DNA from: Callorhinchus milii
Taxonomy: Eukaryota
DNA: 64,000 nt
Assembly (NCBI RefSeq): GCF_018977255.1
Contig: NW_024704742.1
Span: 120,964,001-121,028,000, forward strand
Direction: 5' to 3'
This document shows, in pieces, positions 1 to 12,940 of the stretch. A program made the position numbers and the translations under genes. Below the pieces are notes generated by a model. That model worked only from the letters and a program-made list of their open reading frames with translations, was not told the origin of the DNA and did no database searches. The number at the start of each line of letters is the position of its first letter. The stretch's first letter is position 1.

Positions 1-144
1 TTTCTTATGATCAATGACCTTTGGAAAGTCATGTTGATCATATTCTAAATGTAAAGGGTCATTATTATTTATTTTTATGTTCATCACCTGGTTATGTAGC
101 TCACCAATATCAGAAACATTTAAATCACAAGTACTCTGCTGCTT

Positions 145-350
145 AACAACAACAACAAAACTAAATTTACAGAGCGCCTTTCACGTCGGGAGGATGTCCC
201 AATCCCAAAGCGCTTTGCATCAGCGAAATATCTCAAAGTGCTTCAAAGAATATACTGTAAAGTGAATTGACTAGATTTTGTGGGTGAAATGTGGCAGCCA
301 ATTGCGCACAGCAGTGTCTCACAAACAGTCATGGATTAAGTGATGAATTT
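145..350 (-). mobile_element. L2 3' tail abutting a partial Deu-type SINE
   Basis: (aac)n tail plus gcgcctttcacgtcgggaggatgtccc, then SINE core gcagccaattgcgcacagca. Confidence 0.7.
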
Positions 351-975
351 AGAAAGATCACCCGAAAAAAAGATTTTTGGGGAAAAAAAATTGGGAGCTT
401 GTGATTTCTTTTATCTTTATCGCAGCCATTTTCTCGGTCACCCTCTGTGAGGCCGGCACTTGGGTGGGTGGCAAAGCAGGGGCATTCCCATACAGCCATG
501 GTTCATAAAATAAACTTAAAATATACTTAACAGTTTATGATTCATATAAATGGCACTTTTCCACTTCAGCTAGCTGATTTGTTATTAGCATAATTCCTTG
601 AACCAAAGCCACATTCAAATTAAGTGCCACATTCATGAAAGTTTGAATGCCCTGCAAAACTCTAATCTAATTGCATAAATTGAATAGCCATTATCAGGGC
701 CAATAGAAAAATGCAGAAATATTTGCCAAAAAATTGCGGGGAAATTTGACAAATTTTGCAGAGCATTGAAGCGAGTTGATTGGTGCTATGAGAGCTGCAT
801 TTTACTGCCAACCTACATTTTTTCACTTTACTGATAAAACTAAACATGACGAAATAATACATATTAGATTGTTGCAGAGACAATCATTAATGCTTTCTTT
901 AACAAGCCTGGGGTGGGGGTAGATTTAGTCCTGGGGCTCCACCTCCTGCTTCTTGGAGCCTGCCACTGCACATCG

Positions 976-1168
976 ACAGAGAGAGAGAGACACACTCACA
1001 CAGACATGCTCACAGAAAGATAGAGAGACACAGAAACTCAGACACATAAAGCGACACACGCTCAGACACAGAAAGAGACATACGCTCACATACAAAGACA
1101 GACACCATGTACAGACACAGAGAGACATACTCACAGACAGAGAGGCACACACACTCTCTCACACACAC
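976..1168. repeat. Degenerate compound (GA)n/(CA)n microsatellite
   Basis: Run of agagag/acacac units. Confidence 0.85.
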
Positions 1169-2062
1169 AACAACAACAAAATTACATTTGTAAAGCACCT
1201 TTCACGTCGGGAGGATGTCCCAAGGCACTGGACAGACAGTTACGGACCTGAGCTGGGATTTGGGTGGGGGCGGGTGGAGGGCAGGGGTGAAGCAGGGAGA
1301 TCGAAAGCACGGTTGAAGAGGACGGTCTTGAGATGGGTCTTGAAGGTGGCAAGGGAGGGGACGAGATGGAGGCACTGCGGGATGGAGTTCCAGAGGGTGG
1401 GGCAGAGTGGCGGAAGGCCCACCTGCCATAGTGGGACAAACAAGGCAGGGGACGTGAAGCAGGCTGGAACCCACTGAGCAGAGGGAGCGAACGGCATGGT
1501 AGGGGCGTTAGGAGATTGTAGAGGTAGGGGGGAGCAAGTCCGTGGAGGGCTTTCAAGGTGAGGACCAGGATTTTGAACTGTATCCTCTGTGTGATGGGAA
1601 GCCAGTGGAGTTGGGCAAGAATGGGGGTGATCGGGTCTTGGAGCCTTGTGTAGGAGAGGACACAGGCTGTAGAGTTCTAGATGATCTGCAGCCTATAGAA
1701 GGAGAAGTTAGGGAGGCCGACAAGCAATGAGTTTGCATAGTCGAGCCTCGATGTAATGAAGGCGTGTATGAGGGATTCGGTGGCCTGTGATGTGAGACAG
1801 TGGCAGGGACAGGCGATGTTGCGGAGGTGGGGGAAGGCAGAGCGGGTCATGGTGCAGATGTGGAATAGAAAGGATAGTTGAGGGTCAAACAAGACTCCAA
1901 GGTTCCAGGCTGGCTTACTAAGGTGGGGTGTGCAACCATGGATGGTGATGCTGTCAGCGCCTGAGGTGTGGAGGGCTGACGGGAGCCAATCAGGAGAGCC
2001 TCGGTCTTGTTGATGTTCAACTGAAGAAAGTTAGCTCTCATCCAGGACTTGATGTCTGACAG
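1168..2062 (-). mobile_element. L2-clade LINE, 5'-truncated 3' portion (C-terminal ORF2 plus 3'UTR)
   Basis: Frameshifted peptides CLSDIKSWMRANFLQLNINKTEALLIGS, FDPQLSF, LIHAFITSRLDYANSLL, LWNSIP; (GTT)n tail. Confidence 0.9.
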
Positions 2063-2435
2063 ACATTCACACACACAGTCACAACAGTATACTGGAAGTG
2101 CTTCCAATGCCGACTAGCTGGTGTCTTAGGTACATAGTGTGTAAGTATCCATAAGAAATGCCCACAGGGAAGTTGCCAGCTTCCTGTGTGGAGGAAGTGA
2201 TGTCTGCAGCAACACCCCATCCATTTATATCATTATAAACGGGGTCTTTATAGGCCCAAACCACCACATTATAACAGGGTCCAGCTCTACATCACAGCAG
2301 ACAGTTATTAACCCAGAGCTCTTAACATTTGGTATACCATAACTCAAACTCATTTTAAATCTAAATCATATATTTGTGACATTAACATTAAAGCATCCTC
2401 TGTAATAAGTGATTTGTTAAAAAATATATATTTAC

Positions 2436-2515
2436 CTGTAAGAATTCTGAAGAAGCCAAAAAAATGTAGGCGTTTATGATTTTGAAACACGTTCTTACAT
2501 TTTCAGAACTAAGCT
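2436..2515 (-). CDS. IPO11: IPO11 exon, 80 nt: (E)LSSENVRTCFKIINAYIFLASSEFLQ
   Basis: Acceptor ttttttaaattacag, donor gtaaat; phase 1-0. Confidence 0.96.
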
Positions 2516-4149
2516 CTGTAATTTAAAAAAAGCATAAATTAGAGGTTTATTCTGTATAAAGGTACAATTTCAAAAATACCTGTACATAATTGCATTACTT
2601 TCTGGCTAAGGTATTTTGTTAAAGAATCAATTCTAAATGCTTGATGCAACCTATGAGAATTCTTGCATTTTACAGAAAAGAAAAATGCAGGTCGAAAAAT
2701 AAGAAATTCCAAAATCTACAGGGAAGTGAAAGAGAAAAGATGGTTCTCGATAATAGTCCTTGTAACAAGTTGCAATTTTATGTCCTTATTATAGTTCAAT
2801 TAAAAAACAAACAAGCCTCATCTATGGTCGTTTGCTTTTTATTTGGTCAGCCGGGTGTCTAACACATACAGAAACCCATCCCCATGCTTAAGAGAATACA
2901 AACCAGGCATATGTATACCAGCTACACGTGGAAAGTTCCTGTACCTAAAATAGAAAGTGCACTCTCTCCCTGAAGGGACCATCTTGCTTACCTAATTCCA
3001 GAAAGTATTAGGAATAGATTGACAAGAGCTAAGACTTTGGGACGCCAAATTGGGCATTGGTATACTGTCCAATTTGGTGTACTGCCCAATTTGAGCAGTA
3101 TTGCTGGAGTTTAACCAGCTAAGACCACATAGATTGCTATCTGAAGCACTTTCTTGTAAACTTTCCACTGCTTATCCAGCTCAGCCTACCCTACCCATTA
3201 GGGCTTTGGCTTGCAGGGTTAACAGGAGCTGAGTGGGATGACTCCTTGCACCCAGTAACTGGTCTGCCCTTCCAGATCCTGTCAATGAGCCTGGCTGGCT
3301 GTGCTGTCATCAGCAATGTCCTGGAAAACTGTGTCTTCGTTTGGCTCAGGAATCAGACTACTGAGAACGCCACAGAGGGCTGACTTGATTCCGCCATTTG
3401 ATTGCCAAACATGTCACCTTGGAGCCAGTTAAGCTCCAAAGACACTCCGCTTACCTTCCTCCCAAGAAGGATAGCCAGAGGACCCTGCCTTGTTTGGCAT
3501 AGTGATTACCTGCTTGCGCATGTTTAATAGCTTCCTGTAACAATTCAGTTGGAAAATTGAAGCATCATTAATTGAAGCTGCATATAATCCATTCCACTCA
3601 TAACACTCAGTAAAGTACGATGAACATTAAGCCCGGAACATTACAAGTCTCATTAAAACTAATATGTTCTTCAGAATGCTTAGGAATAAGTATTATCAAG
3701 CTAATTATCAATATATGGGATGAAACCTGTGATGTTCCACAAAGATAGATGAATAATCACTTGGCAACGTCTTTCTCCACGACTGCCTTTCCCCTCTCCC
3801 TGGGTACAATTTCGCCCACAAAATATATAGTCAATTCACTTACAGTATATTCTGTGAAGTACTTTGATACGTCTCGAAGAGATGATAAGGCGCTATATCA
3901 AATGCAAGAATAATTTTTGTTTAAATTCACCCTCTTCGCCCTGCTGTCAAGAGAGGTCATTGATTTTCCTCTTGAAAAGTCCATCCTGAACCTGTTTATT
4001 TTCTTCCCTATCACTAAAACGCCCTGCCTTGTGAAGTTAATTAATTTATTGCCCCCAGTTCTGCAGTTCTCTCTTAAAATTCCATACGAGACCTCCAACC
4101 ATTATCCTAAGAACTGCCTGATTAAAGTCAACTCCAGGAGACCACACTT

Positions 4150-4545
4150 AATAATAATAAACCTTGCATTTGATATAGTGCCTTATCATCTCTTTGAGAC
4201 GTCTCAAAGCATTTCACAGAATATATTGTAAAGTGAATTGACTGTATATTTTGTGGGCAAAACGCGGCAGCCAATTGCGCACAGCAGTGTAGTGTCCCAC
4301 AAACAAATGTGGATTGAGTGACCAGATTATTTATTTATCTGTCTGTTTTTTTTAAATTTTATTTTAGTAATTTTTTTGAAGGGATTATTATCCCAGGAAA
4401 AGCAATCCACCAATCAACTAACAACTGAGTTCCTATTAACAGAGGCGTGTGGAGTGAGAAAATTTGCCCAATGTTTCACCTTGCTGGGAATGAAACCCAG
4501 GTCCTCTCTTTCGTGAGGTGAGTGCCCTAACCACCAATCTAGAGG
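4150..4545 (-). mobile_element. tRNA-headed Deu-type SINE, older subfamily
   Basis: (aat)n tail, core gcagccaattgcgcacagca, tRNA-like head near 4480-4545. Confidence 0.8.
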
Positions 4546-4761
4546 ATTTAACGTTCCAAGACTTAACGCTCTTTGCATTCTACACTCAAGGATATTTTTA
4601 GATTTAGTAATTTTATCAATTTTATTTGAAAGAGTCAAGGGCTGCCTGTATCAACCAGTATTTAGAACCATAAGCTCTGGTTCCATGTCTGTAGCTCAAA
4701 CCATAAAAGCTCCTTACTCCAAGAAATTCAAACTGTGTAAAAAGGCACAAGCACTCATAAT

Positions 4762-5077
4762 GTGGAGTCCTGTAGCTGAGTGGTTAGAGCACTCGCTTTG
4801 CAAGCGAGACACCTGGGTTCAATTCCAGGCAGGGCGAAACCTTGGGCAGGTTTCCTTACTCCACACTCCTAATAATCCCTCCAAAACAAATAATAATAAA
4901 TTGGTCATTTTCAATCCACGACTGTTTGTGGGACACTGCTGTGCGCAATTGGCTGCCACGTTTTGCCCACAAATATACAGTCAATTCACTTTACAGCATA
5001 TTCTGTGAAGTGCTTTGAGACGTCTAGAAGACGTGAAAAGCGCTATATCAAATGCAAGGATTATTATTATTATTATA
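4762..5077 (+). mobile_element. Full-length tRNA(Ala-like)-headed Deu-type SINE
   Basis: Head ggagtcctgtagctgagtggttagagc...ggttcaattcc (Pol III A/B boxes), core tgctgtgcgcaattggctgcc, L2-like tail, (att)n. Confidence 0.9.
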
Positions 5078-5581
5078 ATGATTAACAAACGTCAAGGGCC
5101 TGGTCCTGCTGTTAAGCTAGCTCCCTAGCATCAGTGAGTGATATTGTTCGACACTATTCTATTAAATTAATGGTCCAGTTTTCAGTTGTATGGGATGTTA
5201 GATACAGCAATGCAGATAACTAGATGCCACTGAGATTCTCTTCAATGAATGATTAGTCGTGCAGGGGATTTTATTAACAGTGTAAACAAACAGAGCATTG
5301 AGAAAATATTATCTTGTGTTCTGTGAGGGCTCGGCTAGTAAAAATACTGTGGTCTCGGACTCATACAGAGAAAGGGAGAGTTGCTCTGTCGCTTTCCTCT
5401 GTCGCCACGTAGTTGTAGAATATGAGGCATACCTCATATTTTGGGGCTTAATATGAGGTTATTAAGGGGGGGGGTCTCCTATCATTGATAAGCATTTTTT
5501 TAATATAGCTCATCAATGACAGGAGACCCTCCCTCCCCCCAAACATATGCTCATGACACTGCCAGATGCAAGACCTTTTTG

Positions 5582-5680
5582 ATGAAATATAAATCATGTC
5601 TCTACATCAATCGGTTATTGCATGATTGTCAGATACAATGATACACAGACAGACATTGTTGTTTTATTATTATATATTAG
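5582..5680 (-). mobile_element. LTR-like fragment, same family as 6232 and 63703
   Basis: Shares tctctacRtcaatcggttattg...ttttatt with two other copies. Confidence 0.5.
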
Positions 5681-6231
5681 AGTAAGTAATTCAACATCAC
5701 ACATTGGTTAGCAATGGAAGACTGAAGCCATACACCTCAGCTCCCGTCAATGTCTTCTCACCTACAGCTGACTTTCTTAACCTCCTTGACCTCTCTCTCA
5801 CATTCACTGAATCAGTGTGCAACCTCGCCGTCAAGCTCGATACCCAGCTATCCTTCCTACCCTCACAGCCAGTCCCTGATCAGGAACACTTTCCTCCAAC
5901 ATAGCCGAAAACCTTATCCACACAATAGCCACCTTCCACCTCAACTTTCCTCCTAATTTATTTTTTAGATTCCCAAGTCACTATCATAACTGTGGCGCAG
6001 GTTACAGGCTCATCAACAAGTGGGAAGAGACTATTTATGCTAATCTTTCGCATCCTTCTATTATTTTGAACACCTCTACCTAAATGGACACTTTTCCTTA
6101 ATCTTTTGATGTTAAGTAAAGAGAACCTTTTAAAGGAGTTGAGACGGGTACTTTATTTAAAATTTTGGGATCAGATAGAGACAATTCTCTTTTCCAGTTT
6201 CCTATGACCCCATGTTCATTTTAAGCAGCGA

Positions 6232-6545
6232 TGAGGTATAATTCACGTCTCTACGTCAATCGGTTATTGAGATCCTTCTTGAAGCGCAGAGAGACACTGG
6301 TTTTATTAGTATATAATAAAGAAGATATAAATATATATACATACATAACAAACACAGACATGGTTCTGAAATTACAGGATAAACAATTTACAATATCACA
6401 ACCCTCTAGTCCTCCCGCAGTGTTAAGCTTATGCTTACAATACTATTGCTAGAGTGCGCTTGCCCTTATTCTTCTAGCAGTTCTGCACTCCACTGTTGCA
6501 GCTATTTCTTCTCCTTTTTTAGGATCTGTCCTGTATTAAGCTTTT
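6232..6545 (-). mobile_element. LTR-like element (3' terminus ...CCTCA on the minus strand)
   Basis: Minus-strand AATAAA about 70 nt before a CA end; terminus shared with 5582 and 63703; far boundary uncertain. Confidence 0.5.
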
Positions 6546-7246
6546 AATCCCTTTTACTTACCTACTGTCACTAACTCAATATCTATTCTGCTGACAATTT
6601 ACCATTCCTTCAGTTTTAGCCTTTGTGAAACACTGCTTCACCCACTATAAATGCCTGACAATACATTTTTAGAATGTAAGTAAAGGGGTTTACTAGGGAA
6701 TCACTTCTCTACAATAAATGAAGATTGAGTGCTTACACTATTGACCTGGTCAGTAAATCAAGCATTATTCACACCAAGCAGCACTTTGCTATCAACTCAT
6801 CTGTAGTAAAAGGAGACTTGACAAAGATGTGTTAATTTGCTTCTGGTTAAAAATCTGTTGCACTGTTTTATCCAGGCGACTGGAAATCCTGAAGTCATCA
6901 ATACTTTACTTTTTTAAAAAAATGGCAAAGCTTCCGTCTTCCATTGCTAACCAAACCACTGTCAGCTCCCCATTGACCTATAATAGGGTTTTCCACTTCC
7001 ATTCATGAATTTTCTTGTGGTAATAATAAGCATAGAAATATACAGGACATAAAATGATCATTGTGGTTAATCTGATCCACTGTTGCCTATTCTTTACCGA
7101 ATTCAGATCAACACAATCTAACTTTTAATGAGTTCACATTAAATAACCTCACAACATCAAAATCACACTGCAGCAACTGATTCTTTCCAATTACCTCAAG
7201 CCTTTCAGAAGCTCCCTTGATCTTTTTTCCCCACCTATACAGTACA

Positions 7247-7510
7247 GCTTTTTGTTATGATAGAATGAGGGTTTGAAATTATATTCTTTCCCTCTTCAGG
7301 GGCCAAGCCAACATGGCTGTGGGGAGGGAATCCCTCCTTATTTCTTTAATCCTTTGATGTTATGTAACGAGAATTTATTAAAGAGTTGAGACGGGTACTT
7401 AATTTAAAATTTGGGGATCAGGCTTTTTACTATGATAGAATGAGGGTTTGTAATTATAACCTTTTCCTCTTTAGGGACTAATTAGCATGGCTCTGGGGAA
7501 AGAATCCCTA
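7247..7510. repeat. About 175-bp unit in 1.5 tandem copies, with a partial third copy at about 6094-6174
   Basis: tatgatagaatgagggtttg at 7256 and 7431; gagttgagacgggtactt at about 6136 and 7383. Confidence 0.75.
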
Positions 7511-8367
7511 TTTATTTGCCTATTTGATTCACTAAGCCAATGCTGAACAAATGAATGAGTTCAGTATAGGTCAGAGGACCAAGAACACTCACTTTCATGG
7601 TTACTATCAGTGACCACTGGTTTGTCTAAATGGAAATGGGGGGTAAAGGAATACACCAAATCTTTCCTCAAAAGACAATAATCATTAAAGGATTAACATT
7701 TCCGACAACTTTCTACAACAAGAATTCTAATAGCAACCTGCTTCGGTGCTAAACACATCTGTCAAGCTCTTTTGAGACATTCCTTTCTATGAATGTACAA
7801 TATAAATGCAAATTATTGTCATTGTTTTAATAAATAGCGGTGTGTTTAAATGGGATAAAACTCCCATTTGAAATTGGCATAGGCAGAAAATGGGTTTAAT
7901 CAGTTCAATCATTTTTGTGCAAATATGTATGTGGCTTCTGTGGACTTTTTCAATTCCTTTTTCTAATCTAGCACACTCCTCTCTCAAGAAAACCTCAAAT
8001 TGCAAGGTAGTAAATGAAAAAAAAATCCCATGCATTTATCAGAAGCTACACTTTTGCATTAAAAAAACTCGAAGAACTTCACAAAAGTGCCCTCTGCCAT
8101 AACTCTGGTACTCTAACCACTGAGCTATAGGACACCAGTAGTAATTGACTGCTGTTCAAACACTGATACAATTACCTTAAAAATTGACTTTTTCAGTCAC
8201 AGTAAATAGCAGAGAATTCGACTGTAAAGAACTTTTGCTAACCCCCCTTCTAATTCTTTTTGTGATTAAATTTCAATCAGTCTGCCACAAATCCCTTTGC
8301 AGCTGCTTTTTAACAACTTAATCAAAAGGCACTCACTAATTTTGTAAAATGTCAGTCACCAAAGCGT

Positions 8368-8941
8368 TGTTAGCATAAGGTGCGCAAAATTAACATACTA
8401 ACAATGGGTCAAAATGGGTGAGAGGTCATGGAACATGTGATCATGTAATTATGGAGTCAGTACAAAGAAAGAGGGCTGAAGGAAACGTATGATCAGATAT
8501 GTTAATGAGGGATTGTAACATATTCACCAACCATTGAATGGTGTAAGATAGGGTACGTAAAATAACGGATTGTAAAAGCAAGACCAATGAGTGGATATAC
8601 AAATAATGGATTGTAAATGACTGACAAGAGATTGGTGGAAGGTACAGAGGGAGTGGAATGAGAGTATAAAGAACGAGAGAGAACAAAGAACGAGGAGAAG
8701 GAAAAGATCGGAGCAGCATGAGTGAAGACTTGATGGAAGATCAAAAGCTTGAATAACCAGACAAGACAGATTTGAACCTCGGCTGAACGTCTCGTCCTGC
8801 GGTTGCATTGCTTTGTTGTAATCCCTCCATGGTGTAACTTTATAGAACTAATAAAGTTTGACTTAACAGATTTTACCTAAACGGAATGCTGGGTGACCTT
8901 TTTGATATCTAATAGTGTTTTATCTTTTTATTACTGTAACA
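8368..8941 (+). mobile_element. Possible solo LTR
   Basis: TGTTA...TAACA ends, TATAAA at about 8665, AATAAA at about 8850; no target-site duplication seen. Confidence 0.4.
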
Positions 8942-9983
8942 TAATAATAGGGAATATTGAATTGAGTGCCAGCAAGAAATGCTCAGCAGAGAATAAACTG
9001 TTTTTATCAACACCTCTTTTTGGTCTTTTTCCCTTCCTCTCTTTTTTTACATTTAAATTCAATTCTAATTTTCAGTTTTGATCTTTTCCACCGGTAAATA
9101 ATACAAAGCTACATAATTTCATAAAGGTTGACTTGAGAGCTAAGCTATTCAGTTAGAACAGAACTAGAATTTAAGAATTTGGGCCTGCAGGAGTGAGGAC
9201 CTTTAAGACTTTTAGATGACAAATATCCATTTAACATCACCTTCAACAATACAAACAATAATTTTGGCTTAAACCTGAATAGGAAAACCATAGATGACCA
9301 CTAAAATACAAAAATGAGCCTGATGTTCACTAGAAATGGAGGTAGGGGAGGTATTTAAAAATGATAATATTTGCATCTGATACAGGCGCTTTCACATCAG
9401 AGGGAATGTCTCAAAGCACTTAACAGAATTCACTGCAAAGTGGAGGCGAAATATCATTATTATCCATGTGTGAAATGCCTTAAACAACAAGTTTTCCTGA
9501 AAGTAGAACTGATTTTTGTGCCAAATGTATTTTAAAAATATGGATTTTTCCCACCAGCTAATTATTTATTTGTTAGAAAATAATTTGACTATTTCGTTCT
9601 TATCCCTTGAAGGATACTGTATATGTGGATGGGCAAGGTGAGAAAAATGTTGACTCAGTCTCAATCCCTCTTTCTTGTGTATAAATATCTTTGCCTTTAA
9701 CTTATTTCTTGCAAGCGGAAACAAGATTGATTTGAGATCGTTTCAAAGTTTATCTCAATTTTTTTTAAAAATGGAGCACATAACCCATAGAACATGATGT
9801 TTTGACTCATAATAACCTATTTTCTGTGTTTATGTCCCCTTTGATTTTGACATTGTATGTGAGGTTGCTGCTCGCTGTAAAACTTCCATAATTATTCTGT
9901 TTTTCAGTCACATAATTGAAATTATAAATAATTATTTAATGACATACCATCTAATAACATGTACCAATGAGTAAATGCATATG

Positions 9984-10130
9984 AAACAAAACACAAAATA
10001 CTGCAGATGCTGGAAATCTGAAAACAAAAACAGAAGTCACTGGGAACACTCAGCAGGTCAGGCAGCATCTATGGAGAAAGGAAAGTGAGTCAACGTTTTG
10101 GGTCCACGACCCTTCATCAGAACTGGGGCA
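9984..10130 (-). mobile_element. Penelope-like element terminal repeat (pLTR) fragment
   Basis: ctgcagatgctggaaatc...ctcagcaggtcaggcagcatc motif plus hammerhead core; homologous to 54115-54278. Confidence 0.75.
10088..10124 (-). ncRNA. Minimal hammerhead ribozyme motif, degenerate (GAAA changed to AAAA)
   Basis: Minus strand reads AGUU-CUGAUGA-A-GGGUC-GUG-GACCC-AAAA-CG-UU-GACU. Confidence 0.65.
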
Positions 10131-11687
10131 CGTTGGGCGAGAGAGGCAGATTGATACATTAACACATGATATATTAAAAGTGCAATAACATGATCTAAAT
10201 TAGTAATACAGTTATTCTTCACAACTCATGACATCACATTGTGCCAATATTCTTCTCTCTGAGTCTCTCCAACTTTCTCTCTCTACCTCTTGACTTTACA
10301 TCTCTCTTTCTCCGATTCTCTCTCCCTCTTGAATTGTGCACCAATTAGCTTCTTGCAACTGACAAACAAAAACAAGTGATTGCATGGGTACTTTGTTATT
10401 GGGCCCGCGATTCACCTACACCATGTGTCTCCAACCAGTCGATGTCTTGCTCATGCTCAGTAAAAACGAAAGGAAGGAGCAATATTTACTGCAGTTTAAA
10501 CATTAATGTTTATATTTTGAGATGCATGAAATACTGGCTTAGTTTTTAATTGTACTCCCTTAGGGGTTGGAGACCCCTAACCTACAATGTGTGGGGAAAT
10601 GTCATCCTTCGTATCCTCATGCTCAGATGCAAGGATTGTGAGGTTGACCGCATACAAGAGAGGTTATTAAGAACATGATTTCCCCGTACAGTGTGAATCA
10701 ATCGCAGGCCAAGTAATGTGCATAATTTCACAATGCTTATGCATGTAATCAACTGGCTATTTTTTTTGCCAACATCTCACAATGCCACTGTGTTTTACAG
10801 ATTTAGTTAGTTTGCAAATAAAAAGCAAATAATTTTTAAACTGTAATTTACAAGGAACCAATTCTTATGTACAGTAGTTGCAGCTTTGAGCTTGAAATTT
10901 TTATATTTCTTCTGCACAGTGCATTTAAATAACAGTTCACTCACACAGAGAAATACATACACCTTGCGGTTGTTTGGCAGTGGATTTCCTCAGAAGCATT
11001 GAGTTACATACACATGCAATTATTTCCTGCTTCATATGCAATGTGCACCCCATCTTTGAACACAGTGGGACATGAAATTTTGAAAGCAGGGATCGAGGGT
11101 GCGAATGAGAGGGACCTTGGAAGAAAGTTCTACAGAACAGCTTGTCTCATTTCTTGTATCTGAGATTACTTATGGCACTGTAATAATTCAAATCCTTCCA
11201 AGTCTCGCCTCAACTCTGTGATCTCCTTCAACCCTACTAATGCAGCCGCTCCCAGCTAGCTCTCAGTGAACATTGTCCTGTTTCATGTCAGCCACTCTAT
11301 CCTCCCCACCATCACCATCCTCCCCAACTTCAGTTATTCTCCCTCTGCTCTATGGACAGCCATCCCAACGTTTGTCTGATACACTCACTCCCTCCACTTG
11401 TTCAAGGTCCATCTTAAGACTTACCTCTTTAACTGCACTTTGTCATCTTTCCCCTCCTCCAACTCAGATACCCTGCCAGAAGTGTCAAGCATTTTGATAC
11501 TTCCTCCTGACATGAAAGGCATTACATAAATGTAAATTATATCCATCATACTGAATTTTGTCCTGAGCATTGTTATAGTCTTAGACTAAGCAAAAACTTA
11601 GTTTGACATTTGCTCCACAGTAGACTAGGATCAATTGAGGAATGCTCAATTTTTTCCTACTTACATTTAATCCTCCATGTGACCTGA

Positions 11688-11870
11688 ACAATAACCATAA
11701 ATTACATTTGTATAGCACCCTTCATATCAGGAGGACGTCCCAACACGCTGGACAGTCAGGGATCCGCACCCGAGCTGGTGGTTGGAATCAGGAGGGGTGC
11801 AGGGTAGGGGTAGAACGAAGGCACAATTGAAGAGGAGGGTCTTGAGACGGGTCTTGAAGGAGGCAACGGA
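11688..11870 (-). mobile_element. L2 3' fragment
   Basis: ASFKTRLKTLLFN peptide plus tail stem-loop. Confidence 0.75.
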
Positions 11871-12940
11871 GCTAAATATGTTTAGCTGATTTATACATGA
11901 AGCTATAAATCTAGCTGATTTATACATGAAGCTGGAGAGGTGCAACTATCTGTGGAACCGAACCTCAAGGTTTCTCTGCATCAGGAACAATCAAGCTTCA
12001 ATGTACTTGTACCCAGTTAGCCTTCCAGAGAAGACAATCACATTGAGCCTATCACAATGTTTTAAATAAAGGTAAAATTACATTTTGCAGACTCAAAATT
12101 CATTGATTACTGAGAACTTTTCTGCTCACCATCATCTCAGGCAAGAATATTTCTACCTTTTAAATACACTGATAATATAATTTAGTCAAATACCAGAATG
12201 GCCACAGTAAAATGAATGACAGTTTCATTACCAAAAGCCAATCAAGTACATAAGTACATAGGAGAGTCGGACATTTAGCCCCTCGAGCTTGTTCCATAAA
12301 GTAATGTGTATTTGCGTGTTGAAGTTCCACCAGGATGTTTCACAGATTTAAACACTACCCAAAGGCAAAGTCCCAATCTATCCTATGAAAAATGGTCTTT
12401 TCCAGTTCTGTACGACCCTGTTACAATTTGTGATTTTTCCTCAGTTATACACTGTGCTAGATTTTACAAAAATCTGGTTATCCAATGTGTCAATTAAGAT
12501 CTTATAAACAATGGATCACAAAGAGACTGAGTCACTGCTGTACGAAGCACGATGGTGAAGACCTTCATTTTTGCAATGCTGAACTGGGTGCAATAATTGG
12601 CCTCTCATCACAGGAATTCATATTCTGCTGCAATGATAATTGTCCTTACATTTGATATAGTGCCTTAAACGCAGGAAGGACATCTTAAAGCACTTCACAG
12701 AATTGTATTCAAAAGTGCAGTGATTGTAATTCATAGGATTTTAATGTATCCCAAATAGGTGTGGCTGGATTTGTGCATATCATATATAAAGACTGATAAC
12801 CACAAATTGGGATCAACCCATTTGTGGATAGGAAAACAGTGCGAATATCAGGTCATCAAACAAAATACAATGGCAGCTCTAAGCAAAGAATATACAGACA
12901 AAAAATCACTAATACCATTTTGCTGATATTATTTTGTGTC

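Noticed and set aside
953..1477. 174-aa ORF rich in R/H/T/Q
   Set aside because: Translation of a (CA)/(GA) microsatellite plus the antisense strand of an L2
4764..4835. tRNA-Ala(TGC)-like sequence, also at about 37060-37130, 43960-44035, 44521-44590 and 56632-56700
   Set aside because: Each continues into a SINE body and tail and lacks a proper acceptor stem; these are SINE heads, not tRNA genes
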